Position numbers and translations under genes: made by a program
Shown: positions 10,118 through 19,309 of the stretch, one piece after another
How the letters are laid out: each line of letters starts with the position of its first letter
Numbering within the stretch: position 1 is the stretch's first letter
The notes under the pieces: generated by a model
What the model was told of the DNA's origin: nothing
The model's input: the letters and a program-made list of their open reading frames with translations, nothing else
The model's database searches: none
Sequence record: EF437941
Source: Escherichia phage Phi1
DNA: 64,000 bases
Direction: 5' to 3' (one strand)

Positions 10118-11175
10118 TGAAAATTAGTGTTATCAATGATGCCGTTGATAGCTTTAAAGCGGGGGTTAAAACCTCCGCTGGTTTTACCTCAAAAAATAAA
10201 GGGAAAACATTAACCGCTCAATTCCCCGCTGAACGTGCTAGCGGTAATGATGCTAGCGGTTATTATATCAACGACTTATATAATAATGGTCTGTTATTCA
10301 CTGCATACGATTATACATCTCGTACTACTGGATCGTTGCGTGATTTCAGGAAAAAGAAAAATGTTGCTAGCGGTTTTGGCGGTAGCGTTAATATCGCTGG
10401 TTTTGATTTAAATTTGGGAGGGAGAAATGCTGCATTTGATCGAGAGGCAATTGCTAATATTCTTCTTCCTCGTAGTCAATCTGACGTTGACGCTGCTAGC
10501 CATAAGTTTAATGATGTTGGTGAATCTGTCATTTCTCGCGGCGGTGGTACTTTAGGCGGTGCTCTTTCTAATATGGCATCTACTGCCGTTTTTGGTGGTA
10601 TCGAAAGTATTACTGGTGGATACCTTGCCGATCACGGTGAACAGATTTATAATACTGCGCGAAGCATGTATGCGGGTGCTGACGCACGAACTAAAAACTA
10701 CGTATGGCATTTAACCCCACGTAGTATTGAAGACCTTCGCAATATTCTGATCATATACGAAACGTTTTTAGAATTGTCTTATGGATCTAGTGGTATTTCC
10801 AGCACCGCAAAAGAATTAAAAGCGGAAGTTGATGCGTGGTATAAAAATACACTATTGAGAAAATCCACCCCAGAGGAAGCGAAGAGAAATGATACTCTGT
10901 TTGAAGGGATCACCGATTTTCTATCAAACGCAATTACTGTATCTAACCCGACAATATGGATGATCTCTAACTTCGGTAAGCGTACATCGTTTGAAGGGCG
11001 TAGCGATGCATTTGGCCCCGCTCAGATCTCAAGTGTACGTCTGGACAAGTCGCCTGATGGTAAGTTTAATGGCCTTGCTATTTCTCCTAACTTGCCTAGT
11101 ACATTTGTTCTTGAAGTATCATTTAGAGAGATCTTGACACTTTCCCGTGGTACTATATTTGGGAGTGCGGTATAA
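10117..11175 (+). CDS. 48: Baseplate tail-tube junction protein gp48
   Basis: 352 aa, position and size as T4 gp48. Confidence 0.75.
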   Translation: MKISVINDAVDSFKAGVKTSAGFTSKNKGKTLTAQFPAERASGNDASGYYINDLYNNGLLFTAYDYTSRTTGSLRDFRKKKNVASGFGGSVNIAGFDLNLGGRNAAFDREAIANILLPRSQSDVDAASHKFNDVGESVISRGGGTLGGALSNMASTAVFGGIESITGGYLADHGEQIYNTARSMYAGADARTKNYVWHLTPRSIEDLRNILIIYETFLELSYGSSGISSTAKELKAEVDAWYKNTLLRKSTPEEAKRNDTLFEGITDFLSNAITVSNPTIWMISNFGKRTSFEGRSDAFGPAQISSVRLDKSPDGKFNGLAISPNLPSTFVLEVSFREILTLSRGTIFGSAV

Positions 11176-12107
11176 TGTTTGATTTAAATGATTTTAACGA
11201 ACAAGCCGCTAACCTTGACTTTCAGCGATCCAACTTATTCAGCGTGGCATTTGCCACCACTCCAAGTAATAAGACACAAGCGATCCTAGAAAGTATGGGC
11301 GGGGCGGTATATGATATTATACCAAATGCATTAAATGACTATTTCGGGATTACTCGTGGTGATTATACTGACGCATTAACAAATCTTGCTGTACAGGGTG
11401 TTAGGCGTGCTGTTGATTCATCCGGTGTCAAAAAGTATCTTTTAGGTGCAATGTCATCCCGCGTAGTTCAATCTCTTCTGGGGCAATTTGATGTTGGTAC
11501 ATATGCGCTTGACTGGTTCAATATGGCATATAAGACAAGCGGTCTTCTGGTGTATGCTGTTAAGGTTCCAGAAAACAGATTGAATTATGAAATGGACCGT
11601 AACCACAATGCGCCAAACATTCGAATTACCGGACGTGATTTTGATCCGCTTGTGTTGAGCTTTAGAATGGACTCTAGCGCATCAAACTATAGAGCAATGC
11701 AAGATTGGGTTAACTCAGTAGAAGACCCCGTCACAGGGCTTCGTGCGCTTCCTGTTGACGTTGAAGCGGATATTCAGGTCAACTTACATAACCGAATGGG
11801 AGTCCCTCACACGATCATGATGTTTAATGGTTGTGTTCCTGTTGGTGTGAGTGCACCGGAATTAACCTATGAAAACAACAACGAAATTACAACATTCGAT
11901 GTTGTTTTTGCGTATAGGACTATGCAAACTGGTGCTGTAGGAGAGCAAGCCGCGCGAGAATGGATTGAGGATAAGGCAATAAACGCAATAACAAACACTT
12001 TCGGCAATAATTTACTTGATAGTGGGTTATCTGCTGCTGGTAATGCTTTATCGCGTCTAAATGGCGTTGGTGGGCGTGTGGTGAATACTGTCACCAACTG
12101 GTTCTAA
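11175..12107 (+). CDS. 54: Baseplate tail-tube initiator gp54
   Basis: 310 aa, position and size as T4 gp54. Confidence 0.75.
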   Translation: MFDLNDFNEQAANLDFQRSNLFSVAFATTPSNKTQAILESMGGAVYDIIPNALNDYFGITRGDYTDALTNLAVQGVRRAVDSSGVKKYLLGAMSSRVVQSLLGQFDVGTYALDWFNMAYKTSGLLVYAVKVPENRLNYEMDRNHNAPNIRITGRDFDPLVLSFRMDSSASNYRAMQDWVNSVEDPVTGLRALPVDVEADIQVNLHNRMGVPHTIMMFNGCVPVGVSAPELTYENNNEITTFDVVFAYRTMQTGAVGEQAAREWIEDKAINAITNTFGNNLLDSGLSAAGNALSRLNGVGGRVVNTVTNWF

Positions 12108-12117
12108 TAAGCGAAAG

Positions 12118-12146
12118 GCGGGGATAATCCCCGCCTTTTTATTTTG
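12118..12146 (+). terminator. Rho-independent terminator after gene 54
   Basis: GGCGGGGATAATCCCCGCC hairpin followed by TTTTTATTTT; lies between convergent genes. Confidence 0.7.
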
Positions 12147-12624
12147 CTAAATCATTGCAATATTTTAGTGCCTTAGTTTGAAATTCTGCGCTGTTAAGTT
12201 CTTCATAACGGTCATAATCACCGTTTAATGCTGCCTTTCTTGCTTCTTGCTCTATCTGCATGTCAGACATGATAATACAGCGATCCCGCGCTTTCATCTT
12301 CTCAAGTTGTATAGACTCTTCTTTCTGCTTGCGCAATTCTTCTTGACGCTTCTTTTCTTCTTGTGCTTTCTCTTCCCGCGCTTCTTTGATTGCATCCTTG
12401 AACATCTGCGTTTGTGGTGCTAAACCAACTTTAACGCGATCCACGTCTCGACGTTCCATTTTAGAAATAAAGCATGATTCGATCTGATCATCACTTGCAT
12501 ATGCTGCTTTACATTCACGAAGCAAGAAAACCGGATCTGATTTAGCATTCATCATAGCTTCCATGTTGGCACAACCAGTAAGCATGAATGCAGCCGCAAG
12601 ACCAATCAGTTTAATCATTTTCAT
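12139..12624 (-). CDS. Putative lipoprotein
   Basis: Signal peptide with lipobox (AAAFMLTGC), then a charged coiled-coil-like region. Confidence 0.5.
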   Translation of the reverse strand: MKMIKLIGLAAAFMLTGCANMEAMMNAKSDPVFLLRECKAAYASDDQIESCFISKMERRDVDRVKVGLAPQTQMFKDAIKEAREEKAQEEKKRQEELRKQKEESIQLEKMKARDRCIIMSDMQIEQEARKAALNGDYDRYEELNSAEFQTKALKYCNDLAK

Positions 12625-13445
12625 TTAGTCACCTCACCGAAAATTGTAAATTGTCTACGATTCTCATCGCCGAAAGATTCTACTACGTCGTTTACCTTGA
12701 CGCAAGTCCCGCGCGGTAAAATTACTTCACATTCGCAAGGGTTCCATGCAATTGACCCAACAACAAAACCTTTATGATCTTTTACGTCAATTACCCATGA
12801 TACATTACAAGAATGTTGCATCTTTCCGGTCATGGATTCATATCGATTCTCACAATAAAGGCTAGTGCTATTTGAAAGCCAGCCTCCAAAGATGATCGGT
12901 GTCATGCTGGTCGATACAAAGTTTTTAAAGGTAAACTCCTTATCTTCAATAATACGCTCTATTGTCTGAATGTCAAGATGTTGACCGCGATAAAGAGTAC
13001 CGTTTAACTTTTCGGTTTTATCCATGACACAATCCATCAAATCAACAATCTCTGATATCTCATCGGTCATGTCTTCTTCCCCTAAGAGAGCACCATTTAC
13101 CCATTCGTATTGTTCAGACACATAATCACAGATTGCATTATATTCTGCTGGGGTTATGTTGTTATGTTTGTAATGTTTGAATACATTATCTCCAAAGTCT
13201 TCGGAGTGTACTTCATACATCACATTAATGATTTTCTTGACAAATCCATAATCTTGTGTCTCACGCTCAAGGAAGCGGATAACCTTCACATAATCATCAA
13301 AGTTAATCTGATCGCTGATCATCTCAGTGATCATGTAACCATTAATCCCCTCAATGTCATATGTTTCGATGTAATTATCCATACGTTCCATCATTGATTC
13401 GCGTGATTCTTCTGAAAGACGAAAATCCTGTAATTTCTTGAACAT
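12621..13445 (-). CDS. Alt-like ADP-ribosyltransferase paralog (catalytic domain only)
   Basis: Shares YRG ... FxFKNFVSTS ... IFGGW ... ECE(V/I)LPRG motifs with the C-terminus of the adjacent alt gene. Confidence 0.6.
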   Translation of the reverse strand: MFKKLQDFRLSEESRESMMERMDNYIETYDIEGINGYMITEMISDQINFDDYVKVIRFLERETQDYGFVKKIINVMYEVHSEDFGDNVFKHYKHNNITPAEYNAICDYVSEQYEWVNGALLGEEDMTDEISEIVDLMDCVMDKTEKLNGTLYRGQHLDIQTIERIIEDKEFTFKNFVSTSMTPIIFGGWLSNSTSLYCENRYESMTGKMQHSCNVSWVIDVKDHKGFVVGSIAWNPCECEVILPRGTCVKVNDVVESFGDENRRQFTIFGEVTK

Positions 13446-13463
13446 TTTAAACCTCCCATATAA

Positions 13464-13496
13464 CAGAAAACGGGGCTAGTATAAAACTAGTCCCCG
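13464..13496 (-). terminator. Rho-independent terminator downstream of alt
   Basis: CGGGGCTAGT...ACTAGTCCCCG hairpin followed on the minus strand by UUUUCUG. Confidence 0.5.
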
Positions 13497-13523
13497 TTTG
13501 AGTCAACCATTATTTCTTAAAAA

Positions 13524-15575
13524 TTACATTTTAAATTTATCTGGCATTGCGTCTACAGATACCAGATCAGCGATAAGCTGACGTAGAGTTGCCTTATCTG
13601 CTTTCTTACGTTCGGTTTTAGCTTCGCTAATGAAGCTGGAGAAAGACAGGTCAGAAGCAGGTTTAACAACACCTTCACGGATGAATGCATCACCGTCCGC
13701 GATCATCTCACCAGATTCTTGTAATGCTGCCAGTTCACTTTTGTTCATAATATGTGCCTCAATGTAATAAGTTTCTTGTGAATCCGTAGATGCCGTAGCA
13801 CGAGTTACCGTATCAAAGGATAACACAACACCGCGAGGAAGTAAAATCTCGCATTCTTTGTAAGCAAATGCTTTGTTACCTACTGGCAATACAGGGATGT
13901 TTTCCGCGCCAGCAATGGAGAAAGCAACATTAGCGCCACCTTCACCGCGAGATCCAGCCATAGAATCTACCCCAGCAACGGCACTAGCCACGTTTGCATT
14001 CCAGCCGCCAAAAATGTTAGGTGCAAGGGAAGTGCTCACGTAGTTTTTAAAGTAAAACGCTTTTTGCTTACGTGCAGTTTCCCACATTTGAGACCGGAAG
14101 TCCATACCACGATACAGAATAGTACCCGGATCAAGTTTAACGCCATAGTTAGAGAAGGCATTATCCAGTGCATCGCACATCTTGACCAATTCTTCTGGAT
14201 CTGCGATTCCCTCAAACTCTTCCAGCTTGCGATCAGTTAGGAAGTTGTTCATATTGATGTATGCTGCATCGGCATATTCGCTCAACACAAAACCTTCCGC
14301 GCCCGGCAGATCAAGATCAATATCTGCCATCATTTCACCCATGTTGCTAGCAATTGCTTCAAACATACCGGACGCAACATTACGAAGGGCATCGGTTTTA
14401 ATCTGGGTGATATGACTACGCAGCATTTCAGCTTTTACATCTGCTGGCATAGACTGGTCTACTCGATCCATTGCCAGGGCGGTGATCTTGTTTTCGAATA
14501 CTTCCTCGCTCATGATTTCTTTTAAGCGTTTGATTGATGCTGCGATAACTTCCGCAGACAACGGATCATATTGATCCTGAACTTTTACCAGTTCGCTTAC
14601 TGCGTATTTTGCATCGGCTTCGCTTTCAAAAATAGTACGCATGAAACCATAGCGAGTGATAATATCACTTGTCCAGTCATTCAGAGAACGGGCGGTTGAA
14701 CGTTCTAAGGCTTGACGGTCAATCAGAGTATTAAACTGTTTCTTAGGTTCTGCTTCGGTGATATCTTCTTCCGGTTTAAGATTAATTTTTTCTGGATGAT
14801 TCACATAGTCGCTGTTATAGGTCGCTTGAGTTTTCAGCATTTCTTCTTTAGTCAAACGAGATTTAGCCGCTACGCGTTGTTCCGCTTCCGCGTTTCGTTC
14901 TTCTTCTGACACAAGACTAGCCGCATATGCCTCATCTTTAGTCAGAGATTCACCAGTAGCCTTAGATACCCAGCGATCACCTAAATCACTTTCTACTTTA
15001 GTGAACAAGGATTCATCAAGTTTAATCCCTTTAATCTTATCAATCGCCATCCCGCGACGCTTGACAACAACTAAAGCGATCTTTTTGCTGGTCATTACTT
15101 CCTGCTGGAATACTTCAAACTTCGGTGTACGACGCACCAAACGCTCTATAACGCGCTTAACCAGTTCGGTCTTACCTTTCATGCGGGATACGTTAAAACG
15201 GAACATAACAGCGTCTAATTGCGCTTTACGGGCTGTTTCCATAACCACATCAAACGCACTTGCCATAACTGCAATCGGGTTATCGCCTAGACCATTTTTA
15301 AGCTGTACAATACGACCGCTTTTGTTCATTTCGCACAGTACAACATGTGCGGTCTTGTCACCCATACGAATGATTTTAGGTGTTTTGTTGGTGAAGTTAC
15401 AAAGACGGACAATCACATCTTTATCGCGTGTCTGTACTGCAAAAAGCTGTTTAGGATTCTGCTTCGGCTTTAAGCACTGTACCGGAGCAATACTGCCAAA
15501 GTTTTCTTCCTCTTCCGTCAACAGCCATTTCTCGAAAGATTCAATCATTAGATCGTCGATTTCTAAGTTAAACAT
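13524..15575 (-). CDS. alt: Alt ADP-ribosyltransferase (packaged)
   Basis: 683 aa (T4 Alt is 682 aa) with a C-terminal R-S-E type ART domain; conserved position after gene 54. Confidence 0.8.
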   Translation of the reverse strand: MFNLEIDDLMIESFEKWLLTEEEENFGSIAPVQCLKPKQNPKQLFAVQTRDKDVIVRLCNFTNKTPKIIRMGDKTAHVVLCEMNKSGRIVQLKNGLGDNPIAVMASAFDVVMETARKAQLDAVMFRFNVSRMKGKTELVKRVIERLVRRTPKFEVFQQEVMTSKKIALVVVKRRGMAIDKIKGIKLDESLFTKVESDLGDRWVSKATGESLTKDEAYAASLVSEEERNAEAEQRVAAKSRLTKEEMLKTQATYNSDYVNHPEKINLKPEEDITEAEPKKQFNTLIDRQALERSTARSLNDWTSDIITRYGFMRTIFESEADAKYAVSELVKVQDQYDPLSAEVIAASIKRLKEIMSEEVFENKITALAMDRVDQSMPADVKAEMLRSHITQIKTDALRNVASGMFEAIASNMGEMMADIDLDLPGAEGFVLSEYADAAYINMNNFLTDRKLEEFEGIADPEELVKMCDALDNAFSNYGVKLDPGTILYRGMDFRSQMWETARKQKAFYFKNYVSTSLAPNIFGGWNANVASAVAGVDSMAGSRGEGGANVAFSIAGAENIPVLPVGNKAFAYKECEILLPRGVVLSFDTVTRATASTDSQETYYIEAHIMNKSELAALQESGEMIADGDAFIREGVVKPASDLSFSSFISEAKTERKKADKATLRQLIADLVSVDAMPDKFKM

Positions 15576-15608
15576 TTTATATCCTCTAGTTGATAACCTA
15601 TAAACCTA

Positions 15609-15616
15609 TATTTATG
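15609..15616 (-). promoter_or_regulatory. Possible late promoter variant (CATAAATA) upstream of alt
   Basis: One mismatch from TATAAATA, about 30 nt upstream of the alt ATG. Confidence 0.3.
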
Positions 15617-15621
15617 AAAAA

Positions 15622-15643
15622 GGGGCTTAACGCCCCCCTTTTA
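15622..15643 (-). terminator. Hairpin / putative terminator between the small-gene array and alt
   Basis: GGGGC-TTAAC-GCCCC stem-loop flanked by T/A runs on both strands. Confidence 0.4.
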
Positions 15644-15856
15644 TTATAATGCACCATCGAGCAATTGCTCTAAGGTGTATCCTGAATAGTCTTTTTCAAT
15701 CAGGGTATATTTTCCTACTCGTTTAATACAACCGCGCATTTCAACGTATTCTGCGTAGTTGATGGTACGAGTTGTTCCATCTTCCAGTAATGCAGTACCG
15801 ATTTCGTTAATGCGGTCATAAGTTACGTCGGTAATGATGATTTCGATGTTAGCCAT
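15644..15856 (-). CDS. Small hypothetical early protein
   Basis: 70 aa ORF with GGAG RBS, preceded by an early promoter cassette. Confidence 0.5.
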   Translation of the reverse strand: MANIEIIITDVTYDRINEIGTALLEDGTTRTINYAEYVEMRGCIKRVGKYTLIEKDYSGYTLEQLLDGAL

Positions 15857-15892
15857 TTGATACTCCTTAGTAGTTCGTTTCGGTATGGGTGT

Positions 15893-15922
15893 ATTATGAT
15901 ATACACCCTCTGTTATGTCAAC
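15893..15922 (-). promoter_or_regulatory. Early promoter cassette (TTGACA-N17-CATAAT)
   Basis: Minus-strand GTTGACA, 17-nt spacer, CATAAT, then the conserved leader ACCCATACCGAAACGAA and GGAG RBS. Confidence 0.6.
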
Positions 15923-15928
15923 AACTTT

Positions 15929-16108
15929 TTAGAACATTTTTGAAATTAATTTTGCTTTGATTTCGCAGAGAACACCTAAAGATTTCTCGTCACCCGCTTT
16001 TGCTGCTTCTGATTGCATTTTTGAAATGGCTTCAATGTCAGTGCAATTATAAGCCGCTTGAACTTTAGCGATTGCGATGATTGCCGATTCGATGGTTAAG
16101 TGTTTCAT
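15929..16108 (-). CDS. Small hypothetical early protein (59 aa)
   Basis: ORF below the track cutoff (MKHLTIESAI...), read by hand, with RBS and its own promoter cassette. Confidence 0.45.
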   Translation of the reverse strand: MKHLTIESAIIAIAKVQAAYNCTDIEAISKMQSEAAKAGDEKSLGVLCEIKAKLISKMF

Positions 16109-16140
16109 GTTTGATTCTCCTTTCGTTTCGGTATGTGTGT

Positions 16141-16171
16141 ATTATGGGGGATCACCGATCCCCCTGTCAAC
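16141..16171 (-). promoter_or_regulatory. Early promoter cassette with GATC palindrome in spacer
   Basis: TTGACA, spacer GGGGGATCGGTGATCCCCC (perfect inverted repeat), CATAAT, conserved leader. Confidence 0.6.
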
Positions 16172-16177
16172 AACTTT

Positions 16178-16732
16178 TTAGTTATTTTTTAATTGCTCAT
16201 CTTGCAATAGGGAAATCACATGCTGGCGATGTTCTTCCGATTGAGGGACACCGAAAAAGTTTGTTTTGTAGAAATACTCTAATCGGTCTTCTCGTGTGCT
16301 CTCTTCCATCATGATCGCGGGTAGTCCGAGATTTCGGAAACGTCGCTTTTCTGCTGGCGTAAAATCACTGTAATACAGCATAGAATCATCGTTACCAGCA
16401 ATGCTAAACTCATCATTCATGAAGGAGAATATTGCGTTTAAACGCTGTTTACCGTCCACGATTTCGATCTCATAGCGAGAGCCATCATCAATCTTAGCCA
16501 TTGCGATAGCACCAACCGGAAAATCATTAATCAGGTTTTCGATAAACATACGTTTGTTTTCGGTGTCCCATACCAAAGGACGCTGATAATCTGGGTTCAT
16601 GTTGATATAGCCATCTTCTAACCACGCCTCATAAACAGAGATGACAAAGTTTTTAGTATTGGTATAGTAACGGCGTTTAGGCGTTAAACGGTTCATGTTA
16701 TAGTCTCCTGAATGGATCATCACGTAAATCAA
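16178..16732 (-). CDS. ParB/Srx-fold DUF262-like protein
   Basis: Motifs PDYQRPLVW and IVDGKQRLNAI resemble the DUF262 (GmrSD N-terminal) signature; last gene of a coupled operon. Confidence 0.5.
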   Translation of the reverse strand: MIYVMIHSGDYNMNRLTPKRRYYTNTKNFVISVYEAWLEDGYINMNPDYQRPLVWDTENKRMFIENLINDFPVGAIAMAKIDDGSRYEIEIVDGKQRLNAIFSFMNDEFSIAGNDDSMLYYSDFTPAEKRRFRNLGLPAIMMEESTREDRLEYFYKTNFFGVPQSEEHRQHVISLLQDEQLKNN

Positions 16733-17030
16733 TATCTTTTAAGAACTCATCCCATGAATGGCGGATATTGTTCTTAATTCTCCAGATAAGCGCAGGGATT
16801 GAACGCTCTCCCATCTGGAAGTAAGGATCATATGATCCGTATGCCCAATATGCTACTACAATTCCACAATCAGCGCAATAATATTCTATTTCACTTGCTG
16901 GCGACCAAAGTCCATCAATATGATCGGTGATCCTGCTTTCGATGTTATGGCTATGGCAATCAGGGCAACGGATGCAATGACCTTGTTTATCGTAATTTGA
17001 CGTTAGCGAATACTTAAACAATCTCATCAT
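16698..17030 (-). CDS. Zinc-ribbon protein
   Basis: CxxC...CxxC pairs (CIRCPDC, CADCG); overlaps both neighbours, suggesting translational coupling. Confidence 0.45.
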   Translation of the reverse strand: MMRLFKYSLTSNYDKQGHCIRCPDCHSHNIESRITDHIDGLWSPASEIEYYCADCGIVVAYWAYGSYDPYFQMGERSIPALIWRIKNNIRHSWDEFLKDIDLRDDPFRRL

Positions 17031-17743
17031 AGATCCTTATTGGCTTCAAATACTGCCTTTGCGAATCCTCGCGGGGTAAGTGACCTGATAGTCTTTGTTC
17101 TGGTTCCTTTCCCGCCTAGCTTAGAATGCTGTTTACTGTACCCTTTATTAATATGCAACGGTTTCTTTTCTGGCATTATAAAGCCTTGTCCGGTCCATAA
17201 GCAAGTCTTTTTCGGGTACATATCACGGGCGGCAATATACTCAGGAAACGTAGGATGTTTATCATCTTCCGGCAAATAACCGCCATATTCCCACGGATGG
17301 AACATGTAATCAGGCTTACGCCACATACTAGAGATAACGCTTACAGGATTCTCTATCATGTAGGGAACTCCTAGCCATTCACCCAAATAAGCGGTTATTT
17401 TAGCTGCCCGTACATCATGAACTTGAATCAATGGTCCTTGTTCTCGTTTCTTTCGTTCAAAGTGTGCAGCGCCACTAACAGCTAAATTGGTGCACGGTGG
17501 GAATGCAAATATAATATCCGGTTTCCCCCATTCAAGGTCCATTGCTCTTTCCAGCCAGTTCAAATCAATCCAGGTGTTTACATAAGTAATGTTTGGATGT
17601 TCAAATCTGGTATTATACTTTTTGTATGTACCGTGGTCGGCGTCATCCGCATTAAAGCAGACTACCTTATGACCTGCTTTAGCCCATTCTAGCCCCATTA
17701 TCCCCGATCCGTCAAAGTTGCAGAATATTAATTTTTGTTTCAT
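17027..17743 (-). CDS. Minimal cytosine-C5 methyltransferase-like protein
   Basis: 238 aa with motif I-like FDGSG, motif IV-like FPPC and motif VI-like ENP in canonical order; no obvious target-recognition domain. Confidence 0.4.
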   Translation of the reverse strand: MKQKLIFCNFDGSGIMGLEWAKAGHKVVCFNADDADHGTYKKYNTRFEHPNITYVNTWIDLNWLERAMDLEWGKPDIIFAFPPCTNLAVSGAAHFERKKREQGPLIQVHDVRAAKITAYLGEWLGVPYMIENPVSVISSMWRKPDYMFHPWEYGGYLPEDDKHPTFPEYIAARDMYPKKTCLWTGQGFIMPEKKPLHINKGYSKQHSKLGGKGTRTKTIRSLTPRGFAKAVFEANKDL

Positions 17744-17985
17744 ATACGACCCTTTAACCCAGCACAGATTTTAGTCGGTTCTTTACCGTGCCACATTAAG
17801 TAAAGTCCGTTAATGCGACCTTGTTTTGTGTGTGATTCTTTTCTGATCTTCTTATAGTGTCGTGCTTCCTCAACTGATTGTTTAGAATACCAATCATAAA
17901 GGAAGAGGCACAAAGGCCAACCATTAGCGGCCTTAATGCAGTTATTAAGAAATTCCTTATTGCGTTTAATTAATTTTCTTTTCAC
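17740..17985 (-). CDS. Small basic hypothetical protein
   Basis: 81 aa, Lys/Arg-rich, overlaps neighbours by 4 nt. Confidence 0.45.
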   Translation of the reverse strand: MKRKLIKRNKEFLNNCIKAANGWPLCLFLYDWYSKQSVEEARHYKKIRKESHTKQGRINGLYLMWHGKEPTKICAGLKGRI

Positions 17986-18233
17986 GCTGCCCCCATTGGT
18001 TTGATAGTAACAGAATCTAAAAGACCTTTGTTAGCCAGTTCGCGGCAAGTTTTCAGATCCGTAACTTCCCAGCCAGCCGCAATCAGGTTATCGATGAGGC
18101 TGTTAGCTACTTCCTCGCTCATGAAAGAGCACTGTTTGCCGATGGTGTAGCGCACACGATGTAATTTCAGTTTACGGAAGCCTTTAACGTTCAGGTCTTT
18201 AGCGATTTTCTTTGCGGTTTCGATGTTAGCCAT
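17982..18233 (-). CDS. Small hypothetical protein (first gene of the operon)
   Basis: 83 aa, GGAG RBS, directly downstream of a promoter cassette. Confidence 0.5.
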   Translation of the reverse strand: MANIETAKKIAKDLNVKGFRKLKLHRVRYTIGKQCSFMSEEVANSLIDNLIAAGWEVTDLKTCRELANKGLLDSVTIKPMGAA

Positions 18234-18273
18234 TGTTTGATTCTCCTAAGTGGTATCTCGTTTCGATGGTTGT

Positions 18274-18304
18274 ATTGTAGGGGGAGTTATCCTCCCCTGT
18301 CAAC
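18274..18304 (-). promoter_or_regulatory. Early promoter cassette (TTGACA-N18-TACAAT)
   Basis: Spacer holds the palindrome GGGGAGGATAACTCCCCC; conserved leader and RBS follow. Confidence 0.55.
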
Positions 18305-18317
18305 ACTTTTTATAAAA

Positions 18318-18485
18318 TTATTTGTTAATTTCTGGTGCGTTGCTAGGATAGTAACCTTCTTTAACTCCGAGGTATTTCGCAACCATCCCTACAATCTTCT
18401 GTGCTACTACAATGTCAAATTTCAGATAATCTTCGCCGTGGGTTTCAATGATATATGCTTCACATGCTGCTTTAGTCTCGAACAT
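18318..18485 (-). CDS. Small hypothetical protein (55 aa), paralog of 21593..21760
   Basis: MFETKAACEAYIIETHGEDYLKFDIVVAQK..., roughly 89 percent identical to the second copy. Confidence 0.5.
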   Translation of the reverse strand: MFETKAACEAYIIETHGEDYLKFDIVVAQKIVGMVAKYLGVKEGYYPSNAPEINK

Positions 18486-18518
18486 TTTGATTCTCCTATT
18501 TCGTTTCGGTATGTGTGT

Positions 18519-18548
18519 AGTATAGGGGATCTCCCGACCCCCGTCAAC
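18519..18548 (-). promoter_or_regulatory. Early promoter cassette (TTGACG-N17-TATACT)
   Basis: Conserved architecture with a GATC-containing GC-rich spacer. Confidence 0.5.
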
Positions 18549-18561
18549 AACTTTTTTAAAA

Positions 18562-18843
18562 TTATTCGTGATTAGTTTCGATGTTGTGCATTTTGCACCA
18601 GTTCAACCAATCACCCATATCTTGATAGTTGATGCTTTTATCTGCTGCCATCGTTTTTGTCTTGATACCCATATGTGCGTTATGAGTAAGCATTTTTACA
18701 GTGAACTCAATTTTATCGCCTTTAGCTTTAACATCAACCAGTTTGGTCCACTGGCTACCAGCGCCGCGAATGTTCATACCAACGATGTTTCCGATGTATG
18801 CTTCTTTGTTTTTCAGGATTTCGGTTGCTTTGATGAATTTCAT
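18562..18843 (-). CDS. Small hypothetical early protein
   Basis: 93 aa with RBS and own promoter cassette. Confidence 0.5.
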   Translation of the reverse strand: MKFIKATEILKNKEAYIGNIVGMNIRGAGSQWTKLVDVKAKGDKIEFTVKMLTHNAHMGIKTKTMAADKSINYQDMGDWLNWCKMHNIETNHE

Positions 18844-18876
18844 TTTTGATTCTCCAGTTCGTTTCGGTATGGGTGT

Positions 18877-18906
18877 ATTATGCTATGTTCTTACTTTGGT
18901 GTCAAC
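18877..18906 (-). promoter_or_regulatory. Early promoter cassette (TTGACA-N17-CATAAT)
   Basis: Conserved -35, -10 and leader. Confidence 0.6.
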
Positions 18907-18913
18907 AACTTTT

Positions 18914-19183
18914 TTAGATATTTTCAGAAATAAATTTTAAAACTTGACGTAAATGTTTCTCATCTTTGATAGTCGCCGGAAGTTCTTCTTTTACTTCCTG
19001 TGCAAGATAGATATTTCCGTTCCAAGTGAAAGATCCGTCTTTGTTTACGCGATAGCTGAACATCCACTCGCAATCATTTTCGATTTCATATACACACAGA
19101 AGGGTGTAATCGTTAAAGCTATTGATTTCAAGGTCGAAGCCGTGACGTTTTGCAAAGTTGGTAGTGGTTTTAGTCAGTGCCAT
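18914..19183 (-). CDS. Small hypothetical early protein
   Basis: 89 aa with RBS and own promoter cassette. Confidence 0.5.
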   Translation of the reverse strand: MALTKTTTNFAKRHGFDLEINSFNDYTLLCVYEIENDCEWMFSYRVNKDGSFTWNGNIYLAQEVKEELPATIKDEKHLRQVLKFISENI

Positions 19184-19223
19184 TGTTTGATTCTCCTAAG
19201 TGGTATCTCGTTTCGATGGGTGT

Positions 19224-19253
19224 ATTATGCTATAGGTCGGATCTGGTGTCAAT
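19224..19253 (-). promoter_or_regulatory. Early promoter cassette (TTGACA-N17-CATAAT)
   Basis: Conserved -35, -10 and leader. Confidence 0.6.
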
Positions 19254-19275
19254 TCTTTTTTTAAAATTTTATGCA

Positions 19276-19302
19276 ATAAAAAAGCCGACGCTAAGGTCGG
19301 CT
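19276..19302 (-). terminator. Rho-independent terminator
   Basis: GCCGACCTTAGCGTCGGC hairpin followed on the minus strand by UUUUUUAUU. Confidence 0.65.
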
Positions 19303-19309
19303 AATAAAA

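Noticed and set aside
14182-15603. Plus-strand ORFs inside alt (up to 200 aa)
   Set aside because: Antisense to the 683-aa alt gene, with no RBS and low-complexity composition.
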